NCBI GenBank assembly: GCA_964252035.1
Contig: OZ176207.1
Source of the DNA: Podarcis erhardii
Taxonomy: Eukaryota
DNA length: 64,000 nucleotides
Reading direction: 5' to 3' (one strand)
In this document: piece after piece, positions 12,410 to 25,130 of the stretch
How the letters are laid out: each line of letters opens with the position of its first letter
Position numbering within the stretch: position 1 is the stretch's first letter
Translations under genes and position numbers: made by a program
Notes under the pieces: model-generated
The model's input: only the letters and a program-made list of their open reading frames with translations
Database searches by the model: none
Told to the model about the DNA's origin: nothing

Positions 12410-12637
12410 TATGGCAGGGAAGCAGGCAGAGGGCCTTCTCGGTAGTGGCACCCACCCTGTGGAATGCCCTCCCATCAGATGTCAAGGAAATGAACAACTA
12501 TATAACATTTAGAAGACATCTGAGGGCAACCCTTTTAATGCGTAATGCTTTATTATATTTTTATATATGTTGGAAGCTGCCCAGAGTGGCTGGGGCAACC
12601 CAGTCCAGTCAGATGAGTGGGGTATAAATAGTAAAAT
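12410..12637 (+). mobile_element. L2-clade LINE 3' end
   Basis: AGAGGGCCTTCTCGGTAGTGGCACCCACCCTGTGGAATGCCCTCCC...GCCCAGAGTGGCTGGGG...GGGGTATAAATA; matches the minus copies at 14794-14875 and 53400-53520. Confidence 0.8.
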
Positions 12638-12679
12638 GAGGAGGAGGAGGAGGAGGAGGAGGAGGAGGAGGAGGAGGAG
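12638..12679. repeat. (GAG)14 microsatellite at the L2 tail
   Basis: Directly visible. Confidence 0.97.
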
Positions 12680-13694
12680 AGAATAGGATGTCCCTATTTC
12701 CATCAGAGAAATGTTAGAGGGTATGGAATCATGATTGTGAGAAATTATATGGAATGAAAAGGCATGGTGGGGGCAGGGAGAGAGACCAACCCCAAAGCCC
12801 AAAGATCCTAATGTGACTTCAGGACTCTTATTCCACAGACCAGTGAGCTGGAAATGGGGGTAATGAGGAGGTGATCATCTCACTTGCTAAGCCCTGACAG
12901 CTCCTGTCTGCACCCAGCATGCAGATTCCGAGCATTATCTTCTCAACACTCCCCTTCCTCTGTAACCTGCACCATACCGTGAAGCATTCACGGTAATTGC
13001 TCGAAACTGTAGAATAGCTCAGCAACATTGGGGTGTGGGGAAGCTGATGCTTCTGAGAGCACGATAAAAAACAAAGAGCAGGCTCATATAAGGAAGAGCC
13101 AGGAACCTCTTTCACAAGCCATTAGCATGACCCCTGGTTTCCGACTTCCTGTTTCCAACACGTAAGAAGCTCTTTCTTCACAGCAGCAAAAAGGGGGAGA
13201 CATCTGAGCAGGTGCCTAAGGCCTCCACTGCACGTGTAGGGAAAGGGACGGGTCGGAGAGTATATTCTCATACTTGCACTGGAGCAGTTGATTGAAAGCT
13301 TGTATCATTGAATTAACTTCCAGGCCAAGCAGGCAAGCCGGTAGTCAAGGCCAGGGCTTTCCTTCTTACGTACTCATTTTGACATCCTTTACCCATTCTC
13401 TCAAACACTACCAGCTATCATTGAACTCTGCTGCAGGCTCCTTGGCAAAACAGTGGAAAACAAAAGGCGAACATAAATAAAAAGTGGCATGATATGCCTT
13501 TCTGCCCAGTCGGATCAGCACACAGCCTTTGACTGCAATGTTATTTAAAACAGCTTCACATTGGATCTCGCATAGATTTGATTTATACTTCCATGCAGGA
13601 GCATGTGATGAGCACAAGTGATTCACACTTCCAATTAAATGGGCTTGGAAGCCCAAGTTCACCAGCCAATGTTTTTGAAAATGCATCATAAGGG

Positions 13695-13813
13695 CAGCCT
13701 TTTCCCCAACCAGTTGCCTTCCAGACGTTTTGAACTACAACTCCCATCATCCCCAGCTGGCACGTGGAGTTGTGGTCCAAAAGGTCTAGAAGGCAACAGG
13801 TTAAGGAAGGCTG
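13695..13813. mobile_element. hAT-type hairpin MITE
   Basis: TIRs CAGCCTT..CCCCAACC / GGTTAAGGAAGGCTG; internal GAACTACAACTCCCATCA. Confidence 0.75.
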
Positions 13814-14085
13814 AGTTAGGGGAAAGTGTGCTTACCAATGAATATGTTAAACAACGTACAAGAATGCATCACATCAGGGGAAATTGCTTGCAAAAATGTA
13901 TGCCTTAGTAATTTCTCCTAATAAACACATTATATATGCAGTTTATCATACTAAAATGCTGATGAATTTTCATGAGGACTTTTAAAAGAAACCCCACAAA
14001 AAACTGATGCAGAAGTATAAAGAATGAAATTTAAGACTGGAAAAATAAGAAACTGAGAGAACCAAAATTGACAGATGTTTTGGCC
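13814..14085 (+). mobile_element. Unclassified interspersed repeat family, copy 1 of 4
   Basis: Shares GGGGAAATTGCTTGCA, AAGACTGGAAAAAT and AATTGACAGAT with 23160-23375, 36620-36790 and 56090-56372. Confidence 0.7.
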
Positions 14086-14405
14086 CACAACCCCCATCGT
14101 CCCTGGCTTCCTCTAGTTCAAATATTATATACAATGTCTGTCCTGGCCTCACAGTGGTTTACAACAATTTAAAATTACAGTGAAGTTTAAAAGGAAACAA
14201 ACAGGCTTACATGCATGTTTACTCAACTGAAAAGTAAGGTAGCTTAGCATACACAAATAACATGCAATGGCTTCCAGAGAAATGAAGAGCACAATGGTTT
14301 TTTTAAGTTAATGCTTGAGATAAAACAATAGGCAGCCAGTTCATTGCTTATTTCTTTACTGGAGATTTATGGCAAGTTGGAAAGGCTTGAATCTAAGCAC
14401 CTAAA

Positions 14406-14539
14406 CAGCTGTGGTGAAGCTTTGACCCTCCCAATGTTGCTGAACTACAATTCCCATCAGCCCCAGCCAACATTGCCAATGGCCAGGGATAGTGGGAGCT
14501 GTAGTTCAGTAACATCTGACCAAAGGTTCCTCACAGCTG
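14406..14539. mobile_element. hAT-type hairpin MITE
   Basis: TIRs CAGCTGTGGTGAAGCTTTG / CAAAGGTTCCTCACAGCTG; internal GAACTACAATTCCCA / TGGGAGCTGTAGTTC. Confidence 0.8.
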
Positions 14540-14756
14540 CACTAGAAGATCCCTAATCCCAAAGGATCCCTCATTCTAAACAAAAACCTGTGTAGTCATT
14601 CAAATTACATTAAGCAAGTGAATATGAGGGAGGGCCATGTGTACACTGGTTGAAGATCCACTATGGAGCTTATGAATATACAATTGTATATGTATTGGGT
14701 CCTCTCTCTGTAGCTGCGGACTGTGCTTTTCTGATTCCACACAGAAACCTCTGCAC

Positions 14757-14757
<1 letters not shown>

Positions 14758-14795
<38 letters not shown>

Positions 14796-14875
14796 TATTT
14801 ATACCCCGCCCATTTGGCTGAGTTTCCCCAGCCACTCTGGGTGGCTTTCAATCAAGTGTTAAAAACAATACAGCA
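14758..14875 (-). mobile_element. L2 3' terminus with (TAA)12 tail
   Basis: (TAA)12 at 14758-14793, then TATTTATACCCCGCCCAT...CCCCAGCCACTCTGGG, the reverse complement of the 12560-12637 terminus. Confidence 0.85.
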
Positions 14876-15729
14876 ATACACATATATTGCATACACAGGC
14901 ATTTCAATGGAAGATGGATAGGTTGGGGGCATGGCCAACTGCAATGATCCTTCTCCCTTCCTATGTGCTCTCTATCATTTGAAGTTTTCAATATGGTAAC
15001 ATGTCACTCCTAAATCTCAAAACATGGAGGAATGCAAGAAATGCATTATATGAAAGAATGCATTCCTTCAATTACATTGGGTTGAAGCCAGCTAGAACTT
15101 TATATAGTTTTGCAATCCCCTTCCCCCGCCCCCAAAGAAAATAACAAATTTGGAGCATCTTAATTTAAACATTCATATTAATCCATCCATTCAAACCAGT
15201 TCATCCCAGAAAACATTTTTAATAAGTTGCACCAAATGCAATCTGTTTCATTACCAAGGCAAATACATACTTCAGAAGAGCTTTGTGGAGCCCTGGAGAT
15301 AAAAGGTGCTTTTTTTGGCAGTGATAATTTGGCAACATGCAGAGAGAGAGAGAAAGGGAGAGAGAAGCTTGTTTCAGAAGGAAAGGACTATCTACATTTT
15401 TTCCATGATATAAAAGGATCGGATTTTAACAAGAGCATCATGAGAGCTCTCCCCTCCTCTCTTTCCCACTGCAATGTGCCAGATCCACTTCTGGTGTATT
15501 TCTGTATGCATCTGATCTGATGTGTTTGAGGAACCTTGATGACAGGCCAGGGTGTTAAGTCTTAGTTCAATTTTTATTACACTTCATATAATGCTTGATT
15601 CAGTAGTGACTGCAGAAATTTTTATACCTGAGCCCAAAGTCAAAATTACACCTTCCCGCTCTGGGTTAAACTGATTTCTTCAGCAAACAATGACAGAGAT
15701 GAAGATTAGAGAGAAAAAAATAGCAAGCC

Positions 15730-16657
15730 TGCTACCCAGACGTTGCCTGGAGGGACTGCTTCATGTAGTTTCATAATAAGCTTGGCTTCTGTCTAGGGGT
15801 GTCAGAAGGCATCTGTGACAGATAGACCTTGGGTCAGCCTCCTGATGACCCAGAAACCAATCAGGGCTGGGTGGAGTGTCATCTAATCAGGAGAGAGTAG
15901 GGAATTAAAAGTTAGAACCTGACAGTTAAGACTGTCAGATAGGGCTTGACTGTGTGTGAGAACTCAGGGCTTGTCTGTCAGTGAGTTAGGGCTTGGAAAG
16001 TGCTTAGATAGGGATACGTTTAGAGCCTGGCTATGGCTGAGTCAGGGGTTAGCTAGGCAGGGCAACCCAGATTGTTTCCTTAACGGGAGAGGGTAAAACT
16101 CAGAAGACGCTGGAAGTGGGTTTTTTTTTGGTAATGTATGATCAATATCCATTCTAAGTCTATTTAGTCTGTTTAGGTAAATGTAAAGGGACCCAAGACA
16201 GTTAAGTCCAGTCGCAAACGACTCTGGGGTTGCGGCGCTCCTCTTGCCTTACAGGCCAAGGGAGCTGGCGTTTGTCCACTCTGCAGACAGTTTTTCTGGG
16301 TCATGTGGCCATCATGACTAAGCCGCTTCTGGTGAAACCAGAGCAGCACATGGAAACGCCGTTTACCTTCCCGCCGGAGCGGTATTTATTAATCTACTTG
16401 CACTTTTTTGGCGTGCTTTTGAACTGCTAGGTTGGCAGGAGCTGGGACCGAGCAACAAGAGCTCACCCTATCAAGGGGATTCGAACCACCAACCTTTTGA
16501 TCGGCAAGCCCAAGGTTTAGTGGTTTAGACTACAGCGCCACCTATTTAGAGGCAAGGTTAAAGTGTGACTTTTAAGAAAGTTATTAAAAATTCTGTGTTT
16601 GTTTGAAAGAGTATTGTGCCTTTCCAAACTATTTGGCTAAACCATTAGGCCAAATGG
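15730..16657 (+). mobile_element. Probable solo LTR interrupted by a Sauria SINE
   Basis: LTR-like organisation: TG start, CCAATCA, TTAAAAG, late ATTAAA, CA end. Boundaries are uncertain and there is no clean TSD. Confidence 0.35.
16168..16541 (-). mobile_element. Sauria SINE (Squam1-type), near full length
   Basis: Reverse complement reads GGTGGCGCTGTAGTCTAAACCAC...GGTTCGAATCCCC...GTGAGCTC...GTGCAAGTAGAT(T)AAATA...CCCCAGAGTCG...CCCTTTAC; 8-bp direct repeat CTATTTAG at 16160-16167 and 16542-16549. Confidence 0.92.
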
Positions 16658-17482
16658 CAAAGTTGATTGTTATATGTATTATTCTTATTGCTGCTGAAAA
16701 ATACATCAAACCGACCCAAGCTGGAGAGTGACACGGCTGACAAGTGCTGGGGTTTTGCTTATGCAGAATTCCCCCAAGTGACCTGGGCCAAATCTCTTCG
16801 CATTGCATGGACATCTGGCCTAGGCCAGCCCATTACTAACACTAAGCCATAAGGTGTTAGTGCTCTGGAAAAGCTGTGTGTGGCTAAGTCTGCAGTGCTG
16901 GGGATTCTGAAATGTGGGCAGAGGTCAAAGTGGCTTCAATGAGCAAGGAAGGGGAATTACAACAAGAGAACAGGGAAGATGGGTGGGGGAGCACCAATGC
17001 TTATTTTTAAACTGGCTTTTTATACAGCGGCATTATCATGACAGCTCTTCATGTAGATGTCCTCTTTTCTTTATTATTGGGAAGGGTCCTGTCTGCGGGT
17101 CAAGCCACATACTGTGCTGAATATGTTTTTCTTAAATTAATTGCAGCCATAGTGCAGTCTGGGTGGTGTTGGGATGATAGCATCTGAGTTGGGGAGAGGA
17201 GACTTCTCCCTTTCTTTCCCAGTTGTGGCTTCCACCAAATATTCCCCCACCTAGCCGGTGCAGCTATGCATCACAACTGGAAGCAAAGGAAACTTCTTTT
17301 TATTGAGCTTTGTAGCCACAGGAGGGAAGCTGATATTCAGAGGGGGTTTTTTTTTGGGGGGGGGGGGAATAAGGGGAACACAGCTGTGAAGAAAAAAAAA
17401 CCTTTCCCCATTCAACTGTGATTCTGATCATAACTGCTCCTTCAGTGACCATCATTAATTTGAGATAACAAGAGATGTTTCT

Positions 17483-17642
17483 GGGACATAGGAAGCTGCT
17501 ATCTAATGAATTGGACCATTGCTCCTACTAACTCAGTAATATCTAAACTGACTGGCAGTGGGTTTCCTGGAATTCAGGCAGGGGTCCCTTCCAGCCCTAT
17601 CAGGGATTGAACCAGGCAGGGACCTTCAGCATCCAAAACAGA
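17483..17642 (-). mobile_element. tRNA-derived SINE with CR1-like tail (Squam2-like)
   Basis: Reverse complement of the family at 19713-19897 and 28699-28880. Confidence 0.65.
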
Positions 17643-17670
17643 AGACTGAAGATGAGTTATGCATTAGGCA

Positions 17671-18204
17671 TGGTGTGTAGTTTGTCCCTGAAATGGCCAG
17701 TATTAGAACTTGGAACTATGGAACTATGTTACTGTTATGAGTTTGGATGGGGGTATTAAGATGTATGCCAGGTCCTTTTAATCACGGGATCCAGCAAGTG
17801 TTAAAATCTAATAAAGTCTTCTAATTCCTGGAACAGCCAGGCCAGCTTCCTGGTGAGGTGTAAGGAGAAGAAAGGAAGGGTCTCTGTGTGAGATGGCAAA
17901 TGGGTGGGAGCCCCTCCCTCAACTCAGGGTAGTGAGAAAGACAGAGCCAGAATTTAGAGTTAAAAGTTGCAATGATGTGGGACAGAGCAGCAGTCTGGGT
18001 GAGGACAGAGAGACAGAACCATGTTTGAATCCAAGGCTGTGACTACAGGAGAAACAAGACCCTCATGGACCCCTCCACTGTAGGCTCAGGTTGTATACAT
18101 GTGTAAATAAACCATATATCATAAAGACACCACAGTCTCTACGGTCCCTCATTCCAAGGAAACCGAACCCTGGAATCTCACAAGGCTCAGAGATTGGGGT
18201 TTCA
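17671..18204 (+). mobile_element. Solo LTR
   Basis: TG...CA ends with a candidate 4-bp TSD GGCA (17667-17670, 18205-18208); AATAAA near 18106; U3-R-U5-like composition. Confidence 0.5.
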
Positions 18205-19712
18205 GGCAGCATTACTTTTCTGCATATTTCTTCATTTGATCCTCACCACGTAGACAAGTCAAACTAATAGAGCTAACAGGGTGAAGTGGAAAAAAGGGAC
18301 ATTCAGGGATCCTTGTTCCAATTCATTGCACATTTATTTTAAGAAATCACTAGCTTTCTACCTGTGCGCCGACATACCAGTATAAATTCAAAAGTGTGCC
18401 AAAAAGGAACAGAACTTTGAGATGGGGTTGTGATGTAGCCAGATTTAGCTTCTGCTGAAATAAATTAGCAGATGAAAGTAACACGATTTCTAGGTGAATG
18501 TCATGTGGATGTGGTGAGGTTGGGTAGAAAAAGGAAAGGGATAATTTATTTAAAAAGTGGGGTTAATGGGGAAAGGGCCCTGATACTGACTACAGAGGCG
18601 TGAGATAATGGGCAAAAAGAAAGATGAGTTGAGATTTTTGACCACAACCATCACCCAAAAGCTCTACCTCTCAACTGAATCCTCATAATGCAGTGCTGGC
18701 TTGGCCCTTATACCACCACCAGAAGGGTGGCCTTGTGTCCCATTTTACAGAGTCTTTACAGTCTTACTTCAGAAGAGCTGGCAGAGGACAGTCCATTGTC
18801 CTTTATTTGAAGGGCTGTCAAGTCCAAGTCCAGTTTCAAAGAAAAAGGGGCCTTGAAACTGCACATCAAGAGTTAGCATCTGGACAGCAATGCATTTCTA
18901 TTTAAATAATAGCAACTATTTCCAATTTTTCATCTATTCCAATTCTATGCAGATCTGGGGCCTCTTTTGCCTGCTTTTTTGGCAAAAGATGAATCTTCAA
19001 AAGCTGAAGCAAAAGAATGTGCCGCCATTATGTCCATCTCAGCCATGTCCTAAACTGAGAGGAAGCTCCCTCTGGTGCTTTGAGAAATTAATACATTCCT
19101 GTTCTGCATAAGTGGAGCTCAATTCCTAGGAAGCATTTCTACCTTAATTTTACATATAGACTCATTCATTTCAGAGGTGCACTAAAACTTCTAATTTGGA
19201 TTATGGTTGATGCAAAGATTTCCTAATTGCTACCCATAATACACTTCCAACTCCAGAGAAGCTAATTTTCTTACTCTTCTCAAAGCATTTTGTTAGGTGC
19301 TATTATATTGATGCCATGTAGATTTAAGCAAGAAAATGCACTTTGTTGACACATAAAAGATGCTGTTGAAAGAAACCCATGAGAGGTGAGCACTTCTTGA
19401 TTAGACTTCCAAGTGTTGCTAAATTAAGAGGACTCTATAATGGGGTTTATAAAATGCACAATATAATGCCTCTCTCTTTCTGTGTGACAGTTTTGCATGC
19501 TGTTTTAGAAATATCTCTCATTTTAACAGTGTTTGAGTTTTCCCACCTCTTTGTGGGTGAAGGGGGGAATGGAGATTTGCAGTGCCAAAAGTGGTTGGTG
19601 TGCTTAATGCAGGGGTGCAGACCCATGGGAACGGTCTACTGTGGGCTGCAGCCAGTGGTGGGTGGAGCTCGAACTGACAGAAGATGGAGCCAAAGGGGCT
19701 ACAACTTTCTGT

Positions 19713-19897
19713 GGAAGAGCTATAGCTCAGTAGAGCATCTGCTTTCCATGCAAAAGCCCCTAGCTTGAATCCCCAGCATCACCAGGGAGGGCTGGGAGAG
19801 TACCATCTCTGGAACCCTGGGGATCTACTGCTAATAAACAGTACTGAACTAGATGTACCAGTGGTCCGAACTGGTATAAGGCAGCTTGCTATTTCCC
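19713..19897 (+). mobile_element. tRNA-derived SINE with CR1-like tail (Squam2-like)
   Basis: tRNA-like head (TAGCTCAGTAGAGCATCTG...TTGAATCCCCAGCA); tail GGTATAAGGCAGCTT. Confidence 0.75.
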
Positions 19898-20109
19898 CAT
19901 CCTTTCTCCTCCTCTTGTGCACACACATGAAGCTGAAGAGGAAGCAAATTCCAGAAGGGCAATTTTTGGACCACAGGTCCCACCATCTCAGGTTTAATGG
20001 GCAACTCTTTCGGGATACAGGCATCACCAGTGGAGCTTGGGCTTTAGAATTAGTGAAACTGGACCAATGAGAAACTATGAATTGGCCTTGAATTGACTAA
20101 AACAGGAGC

Positions 20110-20292
20110 CAGCTCTGGGAGCCCAGAGTGTGAATCCCTGCATGGTCATGAAGCTCATTAGGTGACCTTGGGCCAGTCACTGACTCTCAGCCCTACCTAC
20201 CTCATAGGGTCATTGTGGAATTAAATAAAGAGGGGGGAAATCATGCATGCCACCTTGACTGAGCTCCTTGGAGGATAAGTTGATAAATGCAA
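20110..20292 (+). mobile_element. MIR/CORE-like SINE (Squam3-like), old
   Basis: GGGTGACCTTGGGCCAGTCAC...TCTCAGCCCTACCTACCTCATAGGGTCATTGTG CORE-like segment. Confidence 0.7.
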
Positions 20293-21285
20293 TAATTAAT
20301 TATAATGCAACTTAATTTTGCAGAAAAACTCTTGTATCTTCTCTTCATTGAGGTTTGTTACATATCCTTCAGGCATGTGTTCTAAATCCAAGTCAAAATA
20401 TTCCTGCTGTTAGCAGTTCAGCCTGAATGGTTCTCTGCTGCATGTACTGTCTTCCTTGTCCTGTTTTGAACTCATGAGGAAATGGAAGTAGCCATGCAAC
20501 GTAATGAACTGTATCTGGAGAAAGCTACACGCCTACAATGACAGATTGTTTCAGCTCTGCTTTTAGCTGTCACTGTGTCTCTTATTCAAATGAAATGCAC
20601 AGAGAGTTGCTTGGCGCTCTGTATCAGGGAACGATCCTTTAAGGAGAGGCTTCTACTCCTCTTGCGTTTCTCAACAGTGAATTATGTCTTCGGCAGAAGC
20701 CGCAAAGTGCTTTAAAATGCAATCTTTGAGGACATGGCAGTGGTGATGGTGAGAATGTGTTACTTTTATAGCTCGTTTTCCATTTTGTCAACCGAAGGCT
20801 TTATCTCCCCATGAACTTTGTTAGTCTGAGTAAATGCTGGCCACTAGTAAGCTAAAAGGACATGACAGGAGAGACCAAGGAGAACTGGAAGCAACCAGCC
20901 TGAGTGTTTTTGGATTAAACACACAGTCATCAAATAGCCATTCAACCATTATTTACTTTCCCTATGCCTAGGTGGAGGTGCAGGGCTGTGTGTGTGTGTG
21001 TGTACCAACACAAAAGCACAGGCCTTTTATGTCAATACCATTAAGTTCATAAAAACATTTTGGGAAGTGCATTTCACAATATGTTTTGCTAATAGCATGT
21101 AGCTGAAGCTGTGTTGCATCTAATCCCATCTCACACTCTTCCTCATATTCCTATACAAGCCTCCATCACCTGCATCCAGGAGGCCTGGTGGTTAGAGTGT
21201 CAAACTAGGATCTGGGAGACATGGGTTCAAGCTTCATTCTATTCATAGTAGATTTGCACCTGAGATCAATAGTCACCATACAATA

Positions 21286-21513
21286 CAGTGGTACCTTGGT
21301 TCTCAAACTTAATCCGTTCTAGTTGTCCTGAAATTGTTTAAAAACCAAGGCGCAACTTCCAATTGACTGCAGGAGCTTCCTGAACTCAAATGCTGCATGG
21401 GATGTTTGGCTTCCAAAAAACATTCGCAAACCGAAACACTTACTTCCTGGTTTGCAGTATTTGGGAGTCAAATTGTTTGACAACTAAGCCATTTGGGAAC
21501 CAAGGTACCACTG
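21286..21513. mobile_element. Tc1/mariner (Tigger/pogo-like) MITE
   Basis: TIRs CAGTGGTACCTTGGTT / AACCAAGGTACCACTG flanked by TA on both sides. Confidence 0.88.
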
Positions 21514-22370
21514 TACACTAAGAACATGTCACTGGCCTCATTTGCTCACCGTCATCCCTAGTCAGCGTAGAGTCTTACTTTTTTCTTTCCGGTTCCTTTA
21601 CATGCACTCTTTCAGCTGCTCATCTGTGAGCAGCTGCTGTACAACCCCACTGGTTAATATTCTCGTCACCTTCCAACTCCAGGAAAGTGATTGTCTACAG
21701 TGGGGAGACTTTTCTATTCACAGGCACTCCCTGTGCATTTTAGAATCCATATTTAGAGTTCTGAAATATGGGGAGCCTCTCCAGGTACAAAAGTCTCCCT
21801 GCTGCAGATAGTCACCTCCCTGGAGTTGGAAGGCAATGAGAAAAACATTAGCATTAGATTAGTAACAAGCTCTTCTGATTTCACTTTTTCCAAAGGAAGA
21901 TTAATTTCACGGGGAAAGAGAGAGACAGAGAAACCTTTAAGGCACAATTCTGCCGAACTTAAGCACTTTTTAGTGCCTAGCCCAATAGGGAACTTAAGCA
22001 TGTATTTTACCTTTCTCTTATGGTAACCAACGGCCCTTGAAAGTGCTTAACTTTAAATCATACCCCAAGATTTTCTCCATCTCTTTTCCCCTCTTGGCCA
22101 GTGCAGCTGAATTCCGAATGAATGTGCACCCATTTAAACTGAAAAGCGCACAAGGTTGGCTGGGCCGTTTCAAAGTCTCCAAAGCTTTAGCTGTAATCCT
22201 CTTAAAATATTATGCCCTGTGACTTTGCATACCATGTTGTCAGTGGCACAAAAGGTCTCTTTCATTTTATTTACAATTCTACACATGGTTAGCCCATTGT
22301 GCTTCTGAGTTTAACCCTTATTTTCATTGTACTACAGAGCTTTCTGATGCAGAAATGAAAATATCTCCTC

Positions 22371-22374
<4 letters not shown>

Positions 22375-22412
<38 letters not shown>
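22375..22412. repeat. (CA)19 microsatellite
   Basis: Directly visible. Confidence 0.97.
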
Positions 22413-22416
<4 letters not shown>

Positions 22417-23004
22417 ACATTGCTTATTTATTGGGCAATGCTATTTTTAAAAAACACCACACACCTGCCTTGTTACATTATCTTCATAGTGTAAGGTAAA
22501 TATACTACCACTGTTACTGTGAAGATTTCTGCATGAATCTTTCATGCAAATTAAGTCAACAAATGCTTTCTTCCCAAGATATTTCCATTTACCAAGGCAT
22601 TTTAAGCAATCTTTATTCCCTGAAATATGTGTGCATCTCTAAACTATGAAACAGTTGGCTTGTTCATACTGTATTTGTGGAGGTTATTCCAGTTACAGCT
22701 AACTTATGCCTCAGATGTATTTTTAAAAATGATCATACCTCACTCATTTATTTTGAATTATTTAAATGTATGTAAATTTAATATTGACAATTGACTAGCA
22801 TTGACCAATATGCAATCCAGTTGACTAAAATGGTCTGTTTGGGGGAAAGGGAAAAATCTGGCCTCCAAAACTAGCTTGTGTGTGATTTTGGGGGGGTGGG
22901 GGAAGAATAATGTTTCAGAGAGGAAGGCTGCAATTTACCTTAGGTAAATCCAATGCTGTAACCAACAGCAACTTCCTGTTCTGTTCTTTCCTTTCCTTTT
23001 CTAG

Positions 23005-23045
23005 AGGAGGGGAGCAATGCAGTATAGCCAAATAGGAAGAGCAAG
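23005..23045 (+). other. Candidate 41-nt exon (RRGAMQYSQIGRA)
   Basis: TTCTTTCCTTTCCTTTTCTAG| ... AAG|GTATGT; only one frame open; protein not recognised. Confidence 0.3.
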
Positions 23046-23159
23046 GTATGTCCTGCTACCCTTTAAGGACACAACAACATTAATTCTGCCAGCTAAGTGA
23101 AACACAATTATTCTTTGATATTTGCACAACTCTTAGTTTTGTGACTGAGTTCACATCAT

Positions 23160-23375
23160 ACATTAGGGGGTAAATTGCACAAAAATGCATTATATTAGGG
23201 GAAATTGCTTGCAGAGATGCGTATACCGTATTTTGCTTATATCATGAGAAATCTGCATGCAAATGCAGGTGAATTTACATGAGGGTTTAAAAACACACAA
23301 AAATTGCTGAAGAAATTTAGGATTGGGAAAATGAAAAAATGAGAGAAACCAAAATTGGCAGGTTCATCTATTTCT
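23160..23375 (+). mobile_element. Unclassified interspersed repeat family, copy 2 of 4
   Basis: TTAGGGGAAATTGCTTGCA...GAGAGAAACCAAAATTGGCAG. Confidence 0.7.
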
Positions 23376-25014
23376 CCTGGTGGCAACACACCCTTTTGCT
23401 TCCCTTAGGAAAATAGTTGTGGAATCAGCTAGCAGTCACTTTCATTCTTTCCCCCATGTTTAGTCAAGTAACCTTGTTCATTTAAAACTACACAAAATAT
23501 CTGAATCTGGCCACTTCCTGAGACAGCTTGATGAACTATTTCTCTGACCCAGTATAGCAGTTCCTGGGTTCATTATTTGGTTTTCTTTTACTGAAATGGG
23601 AAAAGGGAGATGCATTTGAAAGCAGGGAAGGCAGCTGAGGAGGTAATTGTAAAGCCCTGAAAACGATAAGGAAGCTTGGGAGCAGATGGAAGAACCTGAG
23701 CTACATTTTAATTTATTATTTCAAATTGGCCAGATTGCAGTTTATAGAGTCTCCTCTCAATAACTGGCCATCAAACTGTTAGGTAGCAACGTCCTGAAGT
23801 TGTATAGCACAGTTTGGGAATGATGGATAATCTGCTCTGTAAATTAAACGTCACCCTACGTTTAGTACTTGATAGCATGAAGTATGACTTCAGGGAACTG
23901 AGGAGAGAACTGGGGGAGCTGTAGATGTTCTGGCAATTTTCTCTGCAATTCTGCTCATACTGCTGATTACTGACATGACAGAAAACTGTTGCTTGGAGAG
24001 ACAGAGGTTCCACATATTGCTTTGGTTAATGAAGGGTGAATCTTCTATAACGCAGAGCATTATTATTATTTATTTATACTGTTTTATTTTGTATTCTCAG
24101 GGAGAGTCCTCCAAAATAGCTACTTCCTTACAGGATTGCTGCAGCTATCACGTGATAGCCTAAATGTTGTTGTTTTTTTTAAATCATCTATTCATTTATT
24201 TCAGCATTTTCATTCACCCTTTCCACTCCAGTGGAGCATTACAAATGAAGGCTTGTGTCCAGCTAACTCCTACTCAGAGTAGACCCACTAAAATTAATGG
24301 AACTATGTTACTTAAGTCCATTGAATACAATCCTAAGGCTGCAATCCTAACTCCACCTACCTGGGCGGATTCCCTGTTGAATTTGGTGAGACGTACATAC
24401 ATTGTTATGATTGCCCCATAATACACCAGAGAGAGAGAAATCAAAATACCATACTGAAAGCCTGACGAAACAAAAAGTCTTAAATCCTGGCAGAAGATCA
24501 TAAAAAGAGGGGAGCCAAGTCTCTTGGTGCACATCCTTGGCACTGCCACAGAAAATTCCTGGTCCTTCATTCTCATCAGCTGTGACTCAGATACTGATGG
24601 GACAGTCAGAGGAGCCTTGCCCTCTGAGCACAGCAGATGGACAGGCTAAATGGAAAGAGATGAGCATTAAGCATCATGGTCCCAAACGGTTTAGCCTTTA
24701 AAGGTAAGGACCACTTGAAATTGTGTCTGCAAATGAACCAGTAGACCAAGGGTTACCAACCTTTGGGGGGCAGTGGGCACATTTGCAAACTGGCGAAACT
24801 GTTGTGGGCACACACGCCCCAAACACACATCATGACCAATTATACTGTCTACAACAGAATGCTTCTTTCAAGCCTAATTTTGGCTAAACAGATGGAGGTG
24901 CAGAGGACCATGTGAGCACCAGGAAAAGCATCAATGAGCCCATATGTCCCTGCAGATGCCACACTGGTGACCCTTGCAACAAATAGTGAAGTTGCTATAA
25001 TACAGAAATAATAT

Positions 25015-25130
25015 GCTGTTAAATGTCTGCACACTGCATTCTGAACCAGTTGAAATTTCCAGATGTTCTTTGAAGGGAGACCCACATAAAGTGCATCACA
25101 GTCACCTAGTCTTGATGCAGTCAAGGCAGA
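25015..25130 (-). mobile_element. L2 RT fragment
   Basis: ORF 24849-25124 begins TASRLGDCDALYVGLPSKNIWKFQLVQNAVCRHLT, the L2 SRLDYCNALY.GLP...KLQLVQN.AAR.LT motif. Confidence 0.75.
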
